In this document: positions 35,322 through 43,890 of the stretch, one piece after another
Layout: every line of letters begins with the position of its first letter
Position numbering within the stretch: the first letter of the stretch is position 1
Source of the DNA: a virus
Lineage: Duplodnaviria > Caudoviricetes
Length of the DNA: 49,450 nt
Strand: one strand, 5' to 3'
Virus record (IMG/VR): IMGVR_UViG_3300048606_000018
Location: 1 to 49,450 of that record
The notes under the pieces: generated by a model
Seen by the model: only the letters and a program-made list of their open reading frames with translations
The model's database searches: none
What the model was told of the DNA's origin: nothing
Translations under genes and position numbers: made by a program

Positions 35322-37445
35322 TTAAGGTGTGTGGTTAGCGATGACCATAGCGTTCCACTGCGGTGGCTGCGGGTTCACATAAATGTTCGGGTCGAGAACA
35401 GACCACGCATTGAGGCTGCCGCCGAGCTGGAAGCACGAAGCGCGCGATCCGCCCGAATTCGTAAAATCAACCCACGCCCCGTCTACATGCACACCACTGT
35501 CAAGCGTGCCGCCCGTGAGACATTTCCCGACGTCAATCACGTTCTTTGAATAGAACCGAAATGCTATTACCTGTGCGGTATCGCCAGCGACAATGCTCGG
35601 GGAGTAGCCACCCTCATAGCCAACGAGAGCGATTGTCTGTCCTGCGCTATTAGTGAACTTCTGTGTCCACTGATAGCAGAATCCGTACAGGATTTTTAAG
35701 TTCGCAAGATTAAAGCCGCTCGCAGCACCGCCGCAAGTGTCTACGTATGACGTGGCGATCGTGTTTTGCAAAGTCGGATTGCCAGCCGCCGCCGCCCAAT
35801 TCGCGGCCTTGGTCGTTTCAGCAGCTGTACCGTAGTCCGATGGCGCAAAATAATTCGAGCACGCCACATGCGTACACCAAAGACGGGCCGCACTGAGAGT
35901 GTATCCGGTCTGTGCCGCGACACCTTGGCCAACATATTGCGCGGCCGTCATACTTTCGTCGTTGCCATCCGCACCAAGCGTGCTGGTAAAGACCGCTGTT
36001 TGCACACCGCAAACCATGCGGTATTTTGAGCCATCAACCGCACCGCCGACTACGGCATTAATCGCCTGACCAATGGTGCTGGCGATCTTGCCGCGCCATG
36101 TAATATTGTTGGAACCCACAGCCCAATTGTAGGGCGAGGACTGGTAGGCCAAAGCTTTCGCGTTGGCATAACCGCCCTGATTAAATCCGGCGAATAGGTT
36201 GAAAAGTTCGTTGCACGTCTCATACCAAGGACGGAACCATGACGTGTAAAGATACGTCATCCGCGCAAGGTTCTGAAAATAGTCCGTCATCGGGTCAACA
36301 GCAAACGGCGGCGCCACGAACCACGGATCGGCGCCAACCTCTGCACAGAGCCGCAACATCAATTCGGGCGGCACACCGTTAACGATGCCCGAGCTATTAG
36401 ACGCACTGTCCCCGCCCAGTTTTATCCACGCGTTTAGCGTCGCGTCATAGACACAGCACGCCATGCTTTGATAGGTGCCGCCGATCGGATATGAATTCGT
36501 GCCGATTGAGAGCGGCCCCGATGCCTGATTTAAAATGTTGATGGCGTTCGAACCGCCTACCGACAGCGTGCAAAGCCCACTTGCCGTGGCACTGGCGTTG
36601 AAAACCACAATGACCATCTGCTTGTCGGCAGGATTGCCACTCACCAGACCGCCCCACAGCGGAGGCGTTCCCGCTATCGTATAGTCATTGCCTGAATTGC
36701 TGGTCACACCTGCGTAAATGTTGGCACGGGCTTCGCTGGCATAGTAGCTGAAATGGCCCTTGGATTTGAGCGATGCCCACGTCGTGACGTTGGTGGTGTT
36801 ACCGAGCTGCCAATTCAAAAACCGCAACGTCCCGAAGTTTGCCTGACGCAAGATCGATTTCAGCTTAGGCGAGAACATCTCGTTGCGAAGCCATGCGGCT
36901 TCGTCGTCAACATGAAAAAAGGCACATTTCGAAATATACGAACTGACGCCACGCGTCAGGATATTGAAAGCAATCCGTCCATCCGCACTGTTTGGTGTTG
37001 CTACTGTACGTGTCCATACATTTGCAGAGCTGGTTATAACAGATGATCCGGTTGATTGCGCGGTACCTTCCCCAAATGTCATCACGATATAATTGCCGGG
37101 GCGATCGGCAACGGGCGGCACATAAAAGGCGGTCTGAAAGCCGCCGTTGCTGGTGAAATCTACCGGGTGTTGATTGGCGTCCAGCAAATCTGGCGTAGTC
37201 GGCGCATTCTTAAAGCCGGACCCGCCAATATTAATTTGCGCCCATTCCTGCGACGTCTTGAAATAGTCGATGAACGCAAATTCGCCGCTCTCTAGGCCAC
37301 CCAGGAGGTTGAGATTGATCTGGGACGTACCGCCGTTGAACGCGCTACCATGCGTGAACGCCAGACTTTCCATCGGCAACGAAATCGCAATGGCGCAGGC
37401 GGCAACGCCAGCGAGGAACTTCCGACGCGTTGCTTGATTTAGCAT
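35322..37445 (-). CDS. Tat-signal glycoside-hydrolase-like protein (clan-A-like TIM barrel)
   Basis: MLNQATRRKFLAG twin-arginine motif; LRFLNW, ADPWF, CNELFN, GYEGG motifs. Confidence 0.7.
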   Translation of the reverse strand: MLNQATRRKFLAGVAACAIAISLPMESLAFTHGSAFNGGTSQINLNLLGGLESGEFAFIDYFKTSQEWAQINIGGSGFKNAPTTPDLLDANQHPVDFTSNGGFQTAFYVPPVADRPGNYIVMTFGEGTAQSTGSSVITSSANVWTRTVATPNSADGRIAFNILTRGVSSYISKCAFFHVDDEAAWLRNEMFSPKLKSILRQANFGTLRFLNWQLGNTTNVTTWASLKSKGHFSYYASEARANIYAGVTSNSGNDYTIAGTPPLWGGLVSGNPADKQMVIVVFNASATASGLCTLSVGGSNAINILNQASGPLSIGTNSYPIGGTYQSMACCVYDATLNAWIKLGGDSASNSSGIVNGVPPELMLRLCAEVGADPWFVAPPFAVDPMTDYFQNLARMTYLYTSWFRPWYETCNELFNLFAGFNQGGYANAKALAYQSSPYNWAVGSNNITWRGKIASTIGQAINAVVGGAVDGSKYRMVCGVQTAVFTSTLGADGNDESMTAAQYVGQGVAAQTGYTLSAARLWCTHVACSNYFAPSDYGTAAETTKAANWAAAAGNPTLQNTIATSYVDTCGGAASGFNLANLKILYGFCYQWTQKFTNSAGQTIALVGYEGGYSPSIVAGDTAQVIAFRFYSKNVIDVGKCLTGGTLDSGVHVDGAWVDFTNSGGSRASCFQLGGSLNAWSVLDPNIYVNPQPPQWNAMVIANHTP

Positions 37446-38332
37446 CAGAAAACGTTCCATCCGAGTGCGGTGGCAAGCGTGTTTAATCGCGTTGTGAAGT
37501 TCGTAGCTTCCGTAGGCGAAAGACCGCGCCCCAGATAATCTGCAGCAAACTGATTGCTGCTTTCAAATGCGGCAACTCCGTTATTATTCAATGCCATCGT
37601 ATACATCGTAATATCCGTAAGGCCGGTTGAGGTTTCTCCATTGGTCGCAAAGGAAGACCCATTCCTATATCCAACTGACGTTGTTGCCCCCGTCCTTGTA
37701 AATATGTAAAGTCCTTGAATGTTTGGAGTTACACCTGTGGTAGCACCAAATTGAGCATTAACATGAAAGCTTGTTGCTGGTCCTGCACCTAGAAGCTGGA
37801 CATACGAATTGGTTGCCGCGCCAGGACCGATAGCCCCCATCTCAACTTGATTTGTCGCAATAGTGTCTGATGTGCGAGTGTAGAAGCCGTAGGTGGCGCT
37901 ATTGAGCGTCCAGAAGCCGCCAGCCGTCGAAGGCACGAAAGACGGGTCGAGATATTTCCCGCTCCCCCCTGTGTACCCTTGATCGGCCGCCCAGGACGGC
38001 GAACCATTGGCGACTGTCGCGTATGACGCCGAACACAGATTAAGCAACGCCGTCGTACTGTCCTGTGTAGCGTAGACCTTGAGAACGTTCCAAGTATTGC
38101 TGCATCCAATGCCGTCGGTCTCGAGCCCGCAGAGAAAGGTAGTGTAGGCCGTGGTGTGCGTTCCATTGAGGCCCGACGTTCGAGCAAGGAAGTTTGTGGC
38201 CTGTGCACAGACACCAGAGCCAGAGCTAACCCCTCCCCTGCCAACGCCGGTGAAGGTCAGTTGCCCGAACGATGGGCCGGCGCAGACCGCGACTAGCAGC
38301 AGCACCCATATTGCGAGAAGGCGGCGCATCAT
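37445..38332 (-). CDS. Exported LamG/concanavalin-like protein
   Basis: MRRLLAIWVLLLVAVCAGPSFG|Q; beta-rich, GYRNG, GRGLSPTE C-terminus; Cys pairs. Confidence 0.65.
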   Translation of the reverse strand: MMRRLLAIWVLLLVAVCAGPSFGQLTFTGVGRGGVSSGSGVCAQATNFLARTSGLNGTHTTAYTTFLCGLETDGIGCSNTWNVLKVYATQDSTTALLNLCSASYATVANGSPSWAADQGYTGGSGKYLDPSFVPSTAGGFWTLNSATYGFYTRTSDTIATNQVEMGAIGPGAATNSYVQLLGAGPATSFHVNAQFGATTGVTPNIQGLYIFTRTGATTSVGYRNGSSFATNGETSTGLTDITMYTMALNNNGVAAFESSNQFAADYLGRGLSPTEATNFTTRLNTLATALGWNVF

Positions 38333-39297
38333 TTGTAATCGATGTTGATGATGAAGGTGGCGGCGGCTACCGAGGTGTTGTCGTTATCGGCGATGCCGGT
38401 CACGACGCAGAACGCGATGCCGGCCGAGAAGTCCGAGCCGACAGGGATCGAAACGTTGCTGCCGCCACCGTTTGCCGCCGTGCTGGCCGCCGGAATGATG
38501 AGCTGCTTGACAACAGGATCGGTCTGGCACGTCGGCGTGGTCGCCTTGTTGTAGAATTTGAGATAGGCGGGCGCGGCTCCGATGCTGGCAAGTTGCACCG
38601 AGTAGACCGTGCCCGCCGATGCCTTGAGGGCTGTGGCGTTGTTCGAATTGGCGGCGACGAGATGGTACTGCGTCGCGCCGCCGGTCGCCGCGGCCAATGG
38701 CGAGACTGCGCCGATCGGGTTGGTGCCCGGCGGGATCGAGCTATTGACCGATCCGTTGACGGTTGTGAGGTTCTGCGCAATGCGGATGAGGCGCGACTCG
38801 ACGGTGCATCCACTTGTAGCATCACCCGCGCAGGCCGGATCAGCAATCGCGCCCTGCGTGACGTCGGCACCGTCAGCAATCGTGACCGCACCACCGCCGC
38901 CACCGCCGCCAGAACTTCCGCCGCCGTAGCCAGTCGGCAGGCCTGCGCCGGATGTAATGAGCAGCGTCGATGTGCTGCTCGCCGTGATGGCCGCGATGTA
39001 GAGGCCGCCAGCCGGGGTCAGGGCAACGCAGGCTCCGGCGACGATCGGGGTATCGCCGGTGGTCGCGGCGACGGTCGATGATCCAAACTTGACGTAGGAG
39101 AGCGTCGCCCCGGTGTTGCAGACCATCGCGGTCTGGGGGGAGCGGCCCTGCGGATCGAGCGTGAGCGCGACGTTGGCGCTGGAGCTGCTGACCGATCTCG
39201 AGACCGTGCCGTAGGGGCTAAAGACCTGGGCCGTGGCGCCGACGACGCCGAGCATCAATGTCAGCACGGAGAAAATGGCAAGCCGAAGTGCGCGCAT
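38329..39297 (-). CDS. Exported two-domain spike/decoration-like protein
   Basis: MRALRLAIFSVLTLMLGVVGATA|Q; Gly linker; YLKFYNKATTP C-domain; Cys pairs; AAGGGG RBS. Confidence 0.7.
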   Translation of the reverse strand: MRALRLAIFSVLTLMLGVVGATAQVFSPYGTVSRSVSSSSANVALTLDPQGRSPQTAMVCNTGATLSYVKFGSSTVAATTGDTPIVAGACVALTPAGGLYIAAITASSTSTLLITSGAGLPTGYGGGSSGGGGGGGAVTIADGADVTQGAIADPACAGDATSGCTVESRLIRIAQNLTTVNGSVNSSIPPGTNPIGAVSPLAAATGGATQYHLVAANSNNATALKASAGTVYSVQLASIGAAPAYLKFYNKATTPTCQTDPVVKQLIIPAASTAANGGGSNVSIPVGSDFSAGIAFCVVTGIADNDNTSVAAATFIINIDYK

Positions 39298-39319
39298 GGG
39301 CCGGTCCCCTTTGCGGCGG

Positions 39320-39353
39320 ATCATGGCCGCGCGGGAGCTTCCGGCAACGCACC
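39320..39353 (-). promoter_or_regulatory. Late promoter (GGTGCG-TTGCCG-N16-CATGAT)
   Basis: Conserved motif; short leader with SD. Confidence 0.72.
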
Positions 39354-39761
39354 TGCGGGAGCCGGCATGGCCACCCTGATCTCGATCTTGGCATTGGGGG
39401 CGATGTGGCGGATGAACCACAGCTCGGCGACCGCCTCGTCCTGCCGGCCCTCCTCCCACAGATAGCCCGCCAGGCTGCGGCGCAGGTCGAGCAGGAACGG
39501 GTTGGTGGCGAGCGCCCGCCGGATCTCGGCCTTGATCTCGTCACGGCTGCCGGCGCCCACGACCGAGGTGCGGAAATAAGCGCCGCCGGATCGGAACCGC
39601 CATTGCAGCGGGAACAGCCGTTCGGCGACCTCAAACCGGCGCAGGCTGTCGGACATCGCCGGGCCGCGCCAAGCCGCCGCGTGGTACCATTCGCCGAGCA
39701 GCGACGTGCACGCGTACAGGATGCCGGTGAGCGCAAAGATGACCGACAACCAATGCCGCAA
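39321..39761 (-). CDS. Membrane-anchored TPR-like protein (start uncertain)
   Basis: TTG start LRHWLSVIFALTGILYACTSLL (TM); RRALATNP..LAGYLWEEGRQDEA TPR-like; overlaps the ligase gene. Confidence 0.55.
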   Translation of the reverse strand: MRHWLSVIFALTGILYACTSLLGEWYHAAAWRGPAMSDSLRRFEVAERLFPLQWRFRSGGAYFRTSVVGAGSRDEIKAEIRRALATNPFLLDLRRSLAGYLWEEGRQDEAVAELWFIRHIAPNAKIEIRVAMPAPAGALPEAPARP

Positions 39762-40806
39762 GCGCAGCCGTTGCCGGGCAGTAGATCGGGAAGCCAAAGG
39801 CGCCCTCCACCATGAAAGCGATGAGCACGAGCCGCTCGGTCTCGCTGCGGCCGAACAGGGCATAGACCAGAACACCGGCGAGCAGCACCGCACCGGCGCC
39901 GAGTTCGAACACCATCTCGAGCAGGTCGCTGTGGGCGTGGTCGGTGCGGATCGCCAGGATGTCGTTGTGGACCGCGAAGGCCGGGAACGCCTGATAGAAC
40001 GAGCCGATGCCGTGGCCGAACCACGTCAGGCCGGAGAACGTGTCCCGCCAGATGTTGAACCGCTCGCTGGTGGAGGTGATGGGGGTTGATCCGAACGTGA
40101 CCGCGACCACCAGCGCGCCGGCGAGCAGCGCCAGCACCGCGGTCGCCCGGTAGCGGGGCCACAGCCACGCGGCGGCCGCCACGGCCAGCGCCACCAGCGG
40201 CCCGCGCGCGTGCGGCAGGAGCGCGGCCGGCAGGACGGCGAGCAGCATAGGAATTGAATATTTCCGGTCGATTTTGCAGAACGCGAGGCCGATCAGCACC
40301 AGCACGGCGACCTCGGCCATCAGGTTCTTGTTGAGGAACAGCCCGGCGCCGACGCCGGCCGGACCATAGATGCGCGGGACGAGGAACCCGTTCGTATCCG
40401 CGAACTCGAAAAGCTGCGCCACCACAAACACCGAGTTGACCGCGATGCCGAGCGCGGCGCCAATCCACACCGGCCGCAGGTCGTCAAGGCTCGCGCCGAT
40501 CAGGAACAGGCCGGCGAGCAGGTAGAGCTTCCACAGCGCGTCGAGGCCCTCGTAGATCGATGGCGTCCAGGCCAGCGAGACGGTGGCGTAGGCGAGGAAC
40601 GCGGCGGGGAGGATGAAGGGTAAAAACCGGTTTTTACCCTCAATTGTGACGAAGAAAATTAACATCGGCACGAAGACGGACAGCAGCGCCCACCGCGGCG
40701 CGGTTCCGGCCCCCGAGATGCTCGGCCAGAACACCACCATCAGGAGAAAAAAGAGCACGCCAGTCGGGAGACCAGCGCGCTCAGTCGGGGAGGAATCGAA
40801 GGTCAA
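39631..40806 (-). CDS. O-antigen ligase / O-oligosaccharyltransferase family (Wzy_C) membrane protein
   Basis: Many TM segments; GLFLNKN, SERFNIW, FGHGIGSF, HAHSDLLEMVFELG signature. Confidence 0.88.
   Translation of the reverse strand: MTFDSSPTERAGLPTGVLFFLLMVVFWPSISGAGTAPRWALLSVFVPMLIFFVTIEGKNRFLPFILPAAFLAYATVSLAWTPSIYEGLDALWKLYLLAGLFLIGASLDDLRPVWIGAALGIAVNSVFVVAQLFEFADTNGFLVPRIYGPAGVGAGLFLNKNLMAEVAVLVLIGLAFCKIDRKYSIPMLLAVLPAALLPHARGPLVALAVAAAAWLWPRYRATAVLALLAGALVVAVTFGSTPITSTSERFNIWRDTFSGLTWFGHGIGSFYQAFPAFAVHNDILAIRTDHAHSDLLEMVFELGAGAVLLAGVLVYALFGRSETERLVLIAFMVEGAFGFPIYCPATAALAALVVGHLCAHRHPVRVHVAARRMVPRGGLARPGDVRQPAPV
40617..40640. repeat. Perfect 24-bp palindrome
   Basis: AGGGTAAAAACC|GGTTTTTACCCT. 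Confidence 0.9.
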
Positions 40807-41371
40807 GGCTAAGCCTCTCCTTCTTGTGCCACGGCTTTACCGAAGTCCGATGGAGCGTCAGCGGCGACATGAAAACGATGTCGCCGGCGCGCATGTGACT
40901 GATGTTGACGAGCGGCACGTCGGCCTCGCCGGTGAGAACGGCGTAGCGGCTGGCGTCGCGATGGTGCGGGTGAGCGGCACGCTGCGGCACCGGGCAGATC
41001 TCCAGAGATGGCGTCTCGTCGTCGATGTCGACCAGCGGCATCCAGGCCACGCAGCAGTGCCCAGCCATTGCCTTTTCGCCGACCGCAAAAGCGTCTTGAT
41101 GCAGCGTGAGCGCAGCCTCGCCGCCAGGCTTCTGAAACCGGCATGACGACTTCTCGAGATAGAGGCGAACCGGGCCACCGGCGATGCGGCAGGCGATGGC
41201 GTCCAATGGCGCAAGCGGGCGGATCAGCGAGACCCATTCCCGCAAGGGAATGCCCGACTGATCCTTGACCCGCGATTCCGGGAAGTTGCGATGCTCGTGG
41301 TCGAAATGCGCGGCGATATTCTCGACGGCGCCGCGATCGAGGGCCCCTTGGACGAACTCGAACGCGTCCAT
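40781..41371 (-). CDS. 2OG-Fe(II) dioxygenase (PhyH-like)
   Basis: HQD, AWMPL, GDIVF..LHRT, RLSLDLRF. Confidence 0.85.
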   Translation of the reverse strand: MDAFEFVQGALDRGAVENIAAHFDHEHRNFPESRVKDQSGIPLREWVSLIRPLAPLDAIACRIAGGPVRLYLEKSSCRFQKPGGEAALTLHQDAFAVGEKAMAGHCCVAWMPLVDIDDETPSLEICPVPQRAAHPHHRDASRYAVLTGEADVPLVNISHMRAGDIVFMSPLTLHRTSVKPWHKKERLSLDLRFLPD

Positions 41372-41381
41372 GGGGATTCCG

Positions 41382-41954
41382 CTAGTACCAGCCGTAGACC
41401 ACGGTCACATTGAGGATGGCCGAGTTGAACGAGGTCACACCCGACACGAAGATCGGTTGCGAGGTCGTGAACACTCGGAGCTTGAGGTTGGCATCCGTCA
41501 CGAAGGTCAGGCACGACGCCGCGCAGGTCAGCGCGGTGACGATGTCAGTTGCCGCCGAGGTCTTGCCCACGCCAACGCCACCGGTGACGGCGTTCGTGGT
41601 CAGGTTCTCGACGATGATCTCGCGGATGTAGGCCGAGGCCGGCAGCGTGCCGATCTGGCCGTTGGCCGTGAGGCCGTTGTAGACGAACGAGGCCTCCTGC
41701 GCGCCCTGCGAAAAGCCCTGCGCGCGGAAGTATCCGATGTCGCCGGCAGCCATGAGCGCACAACCGCGCGTGCCAAGGCTGTACGTATGGCTGGTGTTCG
41801 GGTTGGTGACCTGGCGCGGGCCAGGCGATACGCCGGCGGCGATCGGCGCGCACATGATCTGCGAGGCGGCCTGCGCCGGCTGCGGTGCGGCGAGGTAGCC
41901 CGCAAGCGCAAGCGCGAGAGCGGCAACGGTGGAGCTAAGGAGAAGCTTGCGCAT
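41382..41954 (-). CDS. Exported decoration-like protein
   Basis: MRKLLLSSTVAALALALAGYLAAPQPAQA|A; IGTLPASAYI..VGVG..VTVVYG beta-sandwich; GGAGG RBS; 4 Cys. Confidence 0.7.
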   Translation of the reverse strand: MRKLLLSSTVAALALALAGYLAAPQPAQAASQIMCAPIAAGVSPGPRQVTNPNTSHTYSLGTRGCALMAAGDIGYFRAQGFSQGAQEASFVYNGLTANGQIGTLPASAYIREIIVENLTTNAVTGGVGVGKTSAATDIVTALTCAASCLTFVTDANLKLRVFTTSQPIFVSGVTSFNSAILNVTVVYGWY

Positions 41955-42378
41955 GGGTGCCTCCGAAGTGTGGGTCTTTGGCCGCGTCGGCCGCCATCGC
42001 CTTGGCGCGTTCGGCCTGCTGTTGCTGGGCATTGGCGTGGCCGAAGCCGGGCTTGGTGCCTTTCGGCAGCGTCTGCGTGTAGCGCTTCGGGTCGCGGGCG
42101 ATTGCCTCTTTGGCGACCACCGGATTGCGCTCGATCTCGATCGGGCCACCGTTCGCCTGGCGCCAAGCCGTGTAGGCCTTCTCCTCAGCACCGTAGGCGC
42201 GCAGCGCGATCGCATAATCCAGGAGCGCGTCCTGGTAATGGATCTTCGCGAGGTCGAGGTCGACGCCCTTGAGCTTGTCCGACGGCTCCTGCGGTTTCTC
42301 GGGCGCAACCGGGCGCCGGGGGCCGAGGTCCCAGATTTTGCAGATCGTCAGATTCTTGTCGAGCGTCAGCTGGTCCAT
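41935..42378 (-). CDS. Hypothetical protein
   Basis: In the capsid operon. Confidence 0.7.
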   Translation of the reverse strand: MDQLTLDKNLTICKIWDLGPRRPVAPEKPQEPSDKLKGVDLDLAKIHYQDALLDYAIALRAYGAEEKAYTAWRQANGGPIEIERNPVVAKEAIARDPKRYTQTLPKGTKPGFGHANAQQQQAERAKAMAADAAKDPHFGGTHAQASP

Positions 42379-42379
42379 G

Positions 42380-42886
42380 TCAGGCGATCGGCAGCAGCGA
42401 GATGAAGGCGTTGAAGGTGATCGACGGCGTGGTGCCGCTGATCTGCACGAAGGCGCGGACGTACTGGTACTTCACGTTGTTCTGCTCGGTCGTGAAGAAC
42501 AGTTCGTATTGCTGCCCGGCCGGGTAGTTGCCGGAGCCGAGCGGCTGCGGCGTGGTCAGCGTCTTGCCGTCGCCGAGGCGGCCGGTCTCGCCGCCGAAGT
42601 CCATGGCCGCAAGGTTTTGGACGTTGTCCTCGCCGAAGGCCGGATCGTTCGAGCCCTGCACGATGATGATGTATTCCTCATCGCCGGTCGTGGTGTCGAT
42701 CGCGCTGACGTAGATGACGAGCGCGGCCTCGGCGCGGGCTTGCTGCAGGGGCACGGTGCCCTGGTTGCCGCCGGTGTCCCAGATGGCATCGGCACCGCCG
42801 ACCTGTGAGACGCCGCTGACCGTCATGGCCGCAGCACCATCGGCGACGAAGTCATTTGCGTCGGGCGTATATTGGCGGTCACCCAT
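42380..42886 (-). CDS. Capsid cement/decoration protein candidate
   Basis: Beta-rich, directly after the major capsid gene; AGGAG RBS; YQYVRA..ISGTTPSI. Confidence 0.65.
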   Translation of the reverse strand: MGDRQYTPDANDFVADGAAAMTVSGVSQVGGADAIWDTGGNQGTVPLQQARAEAALVIYVSAIDTTTGDEEYIIIVQGSNDPAFGEDNVQNLAAMDFGGETGRLGDGKTLTTPQPLGSGNYPAGQQYELFFTTEQNNVKYQYVRAFVQISGTTPSITFNAFISLLPIA

Positions 42887-42914
42887 CGTGGCGCTCCTTC
42901 AATGTGTCGACGCG

Positions 42915-43874
42915 TTAAGCGACGATGGCGGCGTTGGTCCAGCTGTCGAGCCGGGCCATGCAGAAGATGTGTTCGTCGACCAGGCCCATGTCCCACGAGA
43001 TGTGGGTGCGGTAGTGGGTCCGGTCTTGGAGCAGGCCGACGTCCTCGGGAGTGAGCGGCTTCACCTGGATGCCGCGCAGATTGCCCTCGCCGATCGCCAG
43101 CACGTAGAGCGATGCGGTCTGAGCCGCGCCACCACCGGCGGCGACCTCGTTGAACTGCAGAACGGGGGCGTGCAAATCCTTCGGATAGCCGGTGAGGAAT
43201 TTCAGCCCGTTGTATTCGATCTTCTTGCCGCCGACGCTGGCGGTGCCGGAGCCTCCGAAGTCCTGCATCACGAAGCCCGTCAGCGCGGTGTTGCGCGCGG
43301 CCTGGATCCAGAGCGGGATCGAGGCATACGGGATCATGATGTGGGTCGGCTCCTTGACGTTGTTGATCGCGGCGTCGAGAGCGGCGAGCGACAGCGCGCC
43401 ACCGCCCGATGCGGCCGAGTTGTGGAACGTGCGGCCGTATTTCTGCGCGCGCACCGCGAGACCGTTGAAGACGCGCGGGTTCACCGAATTGTCGCCGTAG
43501 ACGAACGTGTTCACCCAGAGCTGGGCGAATGCCGTGATACCCATGCGCTCCTCGTAGGAGCGGCGCTCGGGTCCGGCGCGGTCGATGATGGCGCGGTCGA
43601 CGTCGATGTCGTGGTCGATGATGTAGCTGGATTCCTGGAACGGCGTGATGGTGCCGTGGCCGCTCGACGAACCTTCATTGATGGCGCGGAACACCGGGGT
43701 CGGCAGCACCGCCTCGCGATATCCGACGTAGCTCGCGCCCTTGAGGCCCTCGAACGGAAGAACCTCCATGACGTCCGAATAGGTCGCGAACATCTCGATG
43801 ATCGGGCGACGAATGTCTGCCACGTCGAGGCCCTTGGCGTATTCCACCAAGGTGATCAGGTTCGAACCAGCCAT
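42915..43874 (-). CDS. Major capsid protein
   Basis: 319 aa; IIEMF..VMEVLPF..FRAINEG..IDVDR..FNGL; after the scaffold gene; AAGGA RBS. Confidence 0.88.
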   Translation of the reverse strand: MAGSNLITLVEYAKGLDVADIRRPIIEMFATYSDVMEVLPFEGLKGASYVGYREAVLPTPVFRAINEGSSSGHGTITPFQESSYIIDHDIDVDRAIIDRAGPERRSYEERMGITAFAQLWVNTFVYGDNSVNPRVFNGLAVRAQKYGRTFHNSAASGGGALSLAALDAAINNVKEPTHIMIPYASIPLWIQAARNTALTGFVMQDFGGSGTASVGGKKIEYNGLKFLTGYPKDLHAPVLQFNEVAAGGGAAQTASLYVLAIGEGNLRGIQVKPLTPEDVGLLQDRTHYRTHISWDMGLVDEHIFCMARLDSWTNAAIVA

Positions 43875-43890
43875 GGATCAAGTCCTTTCG

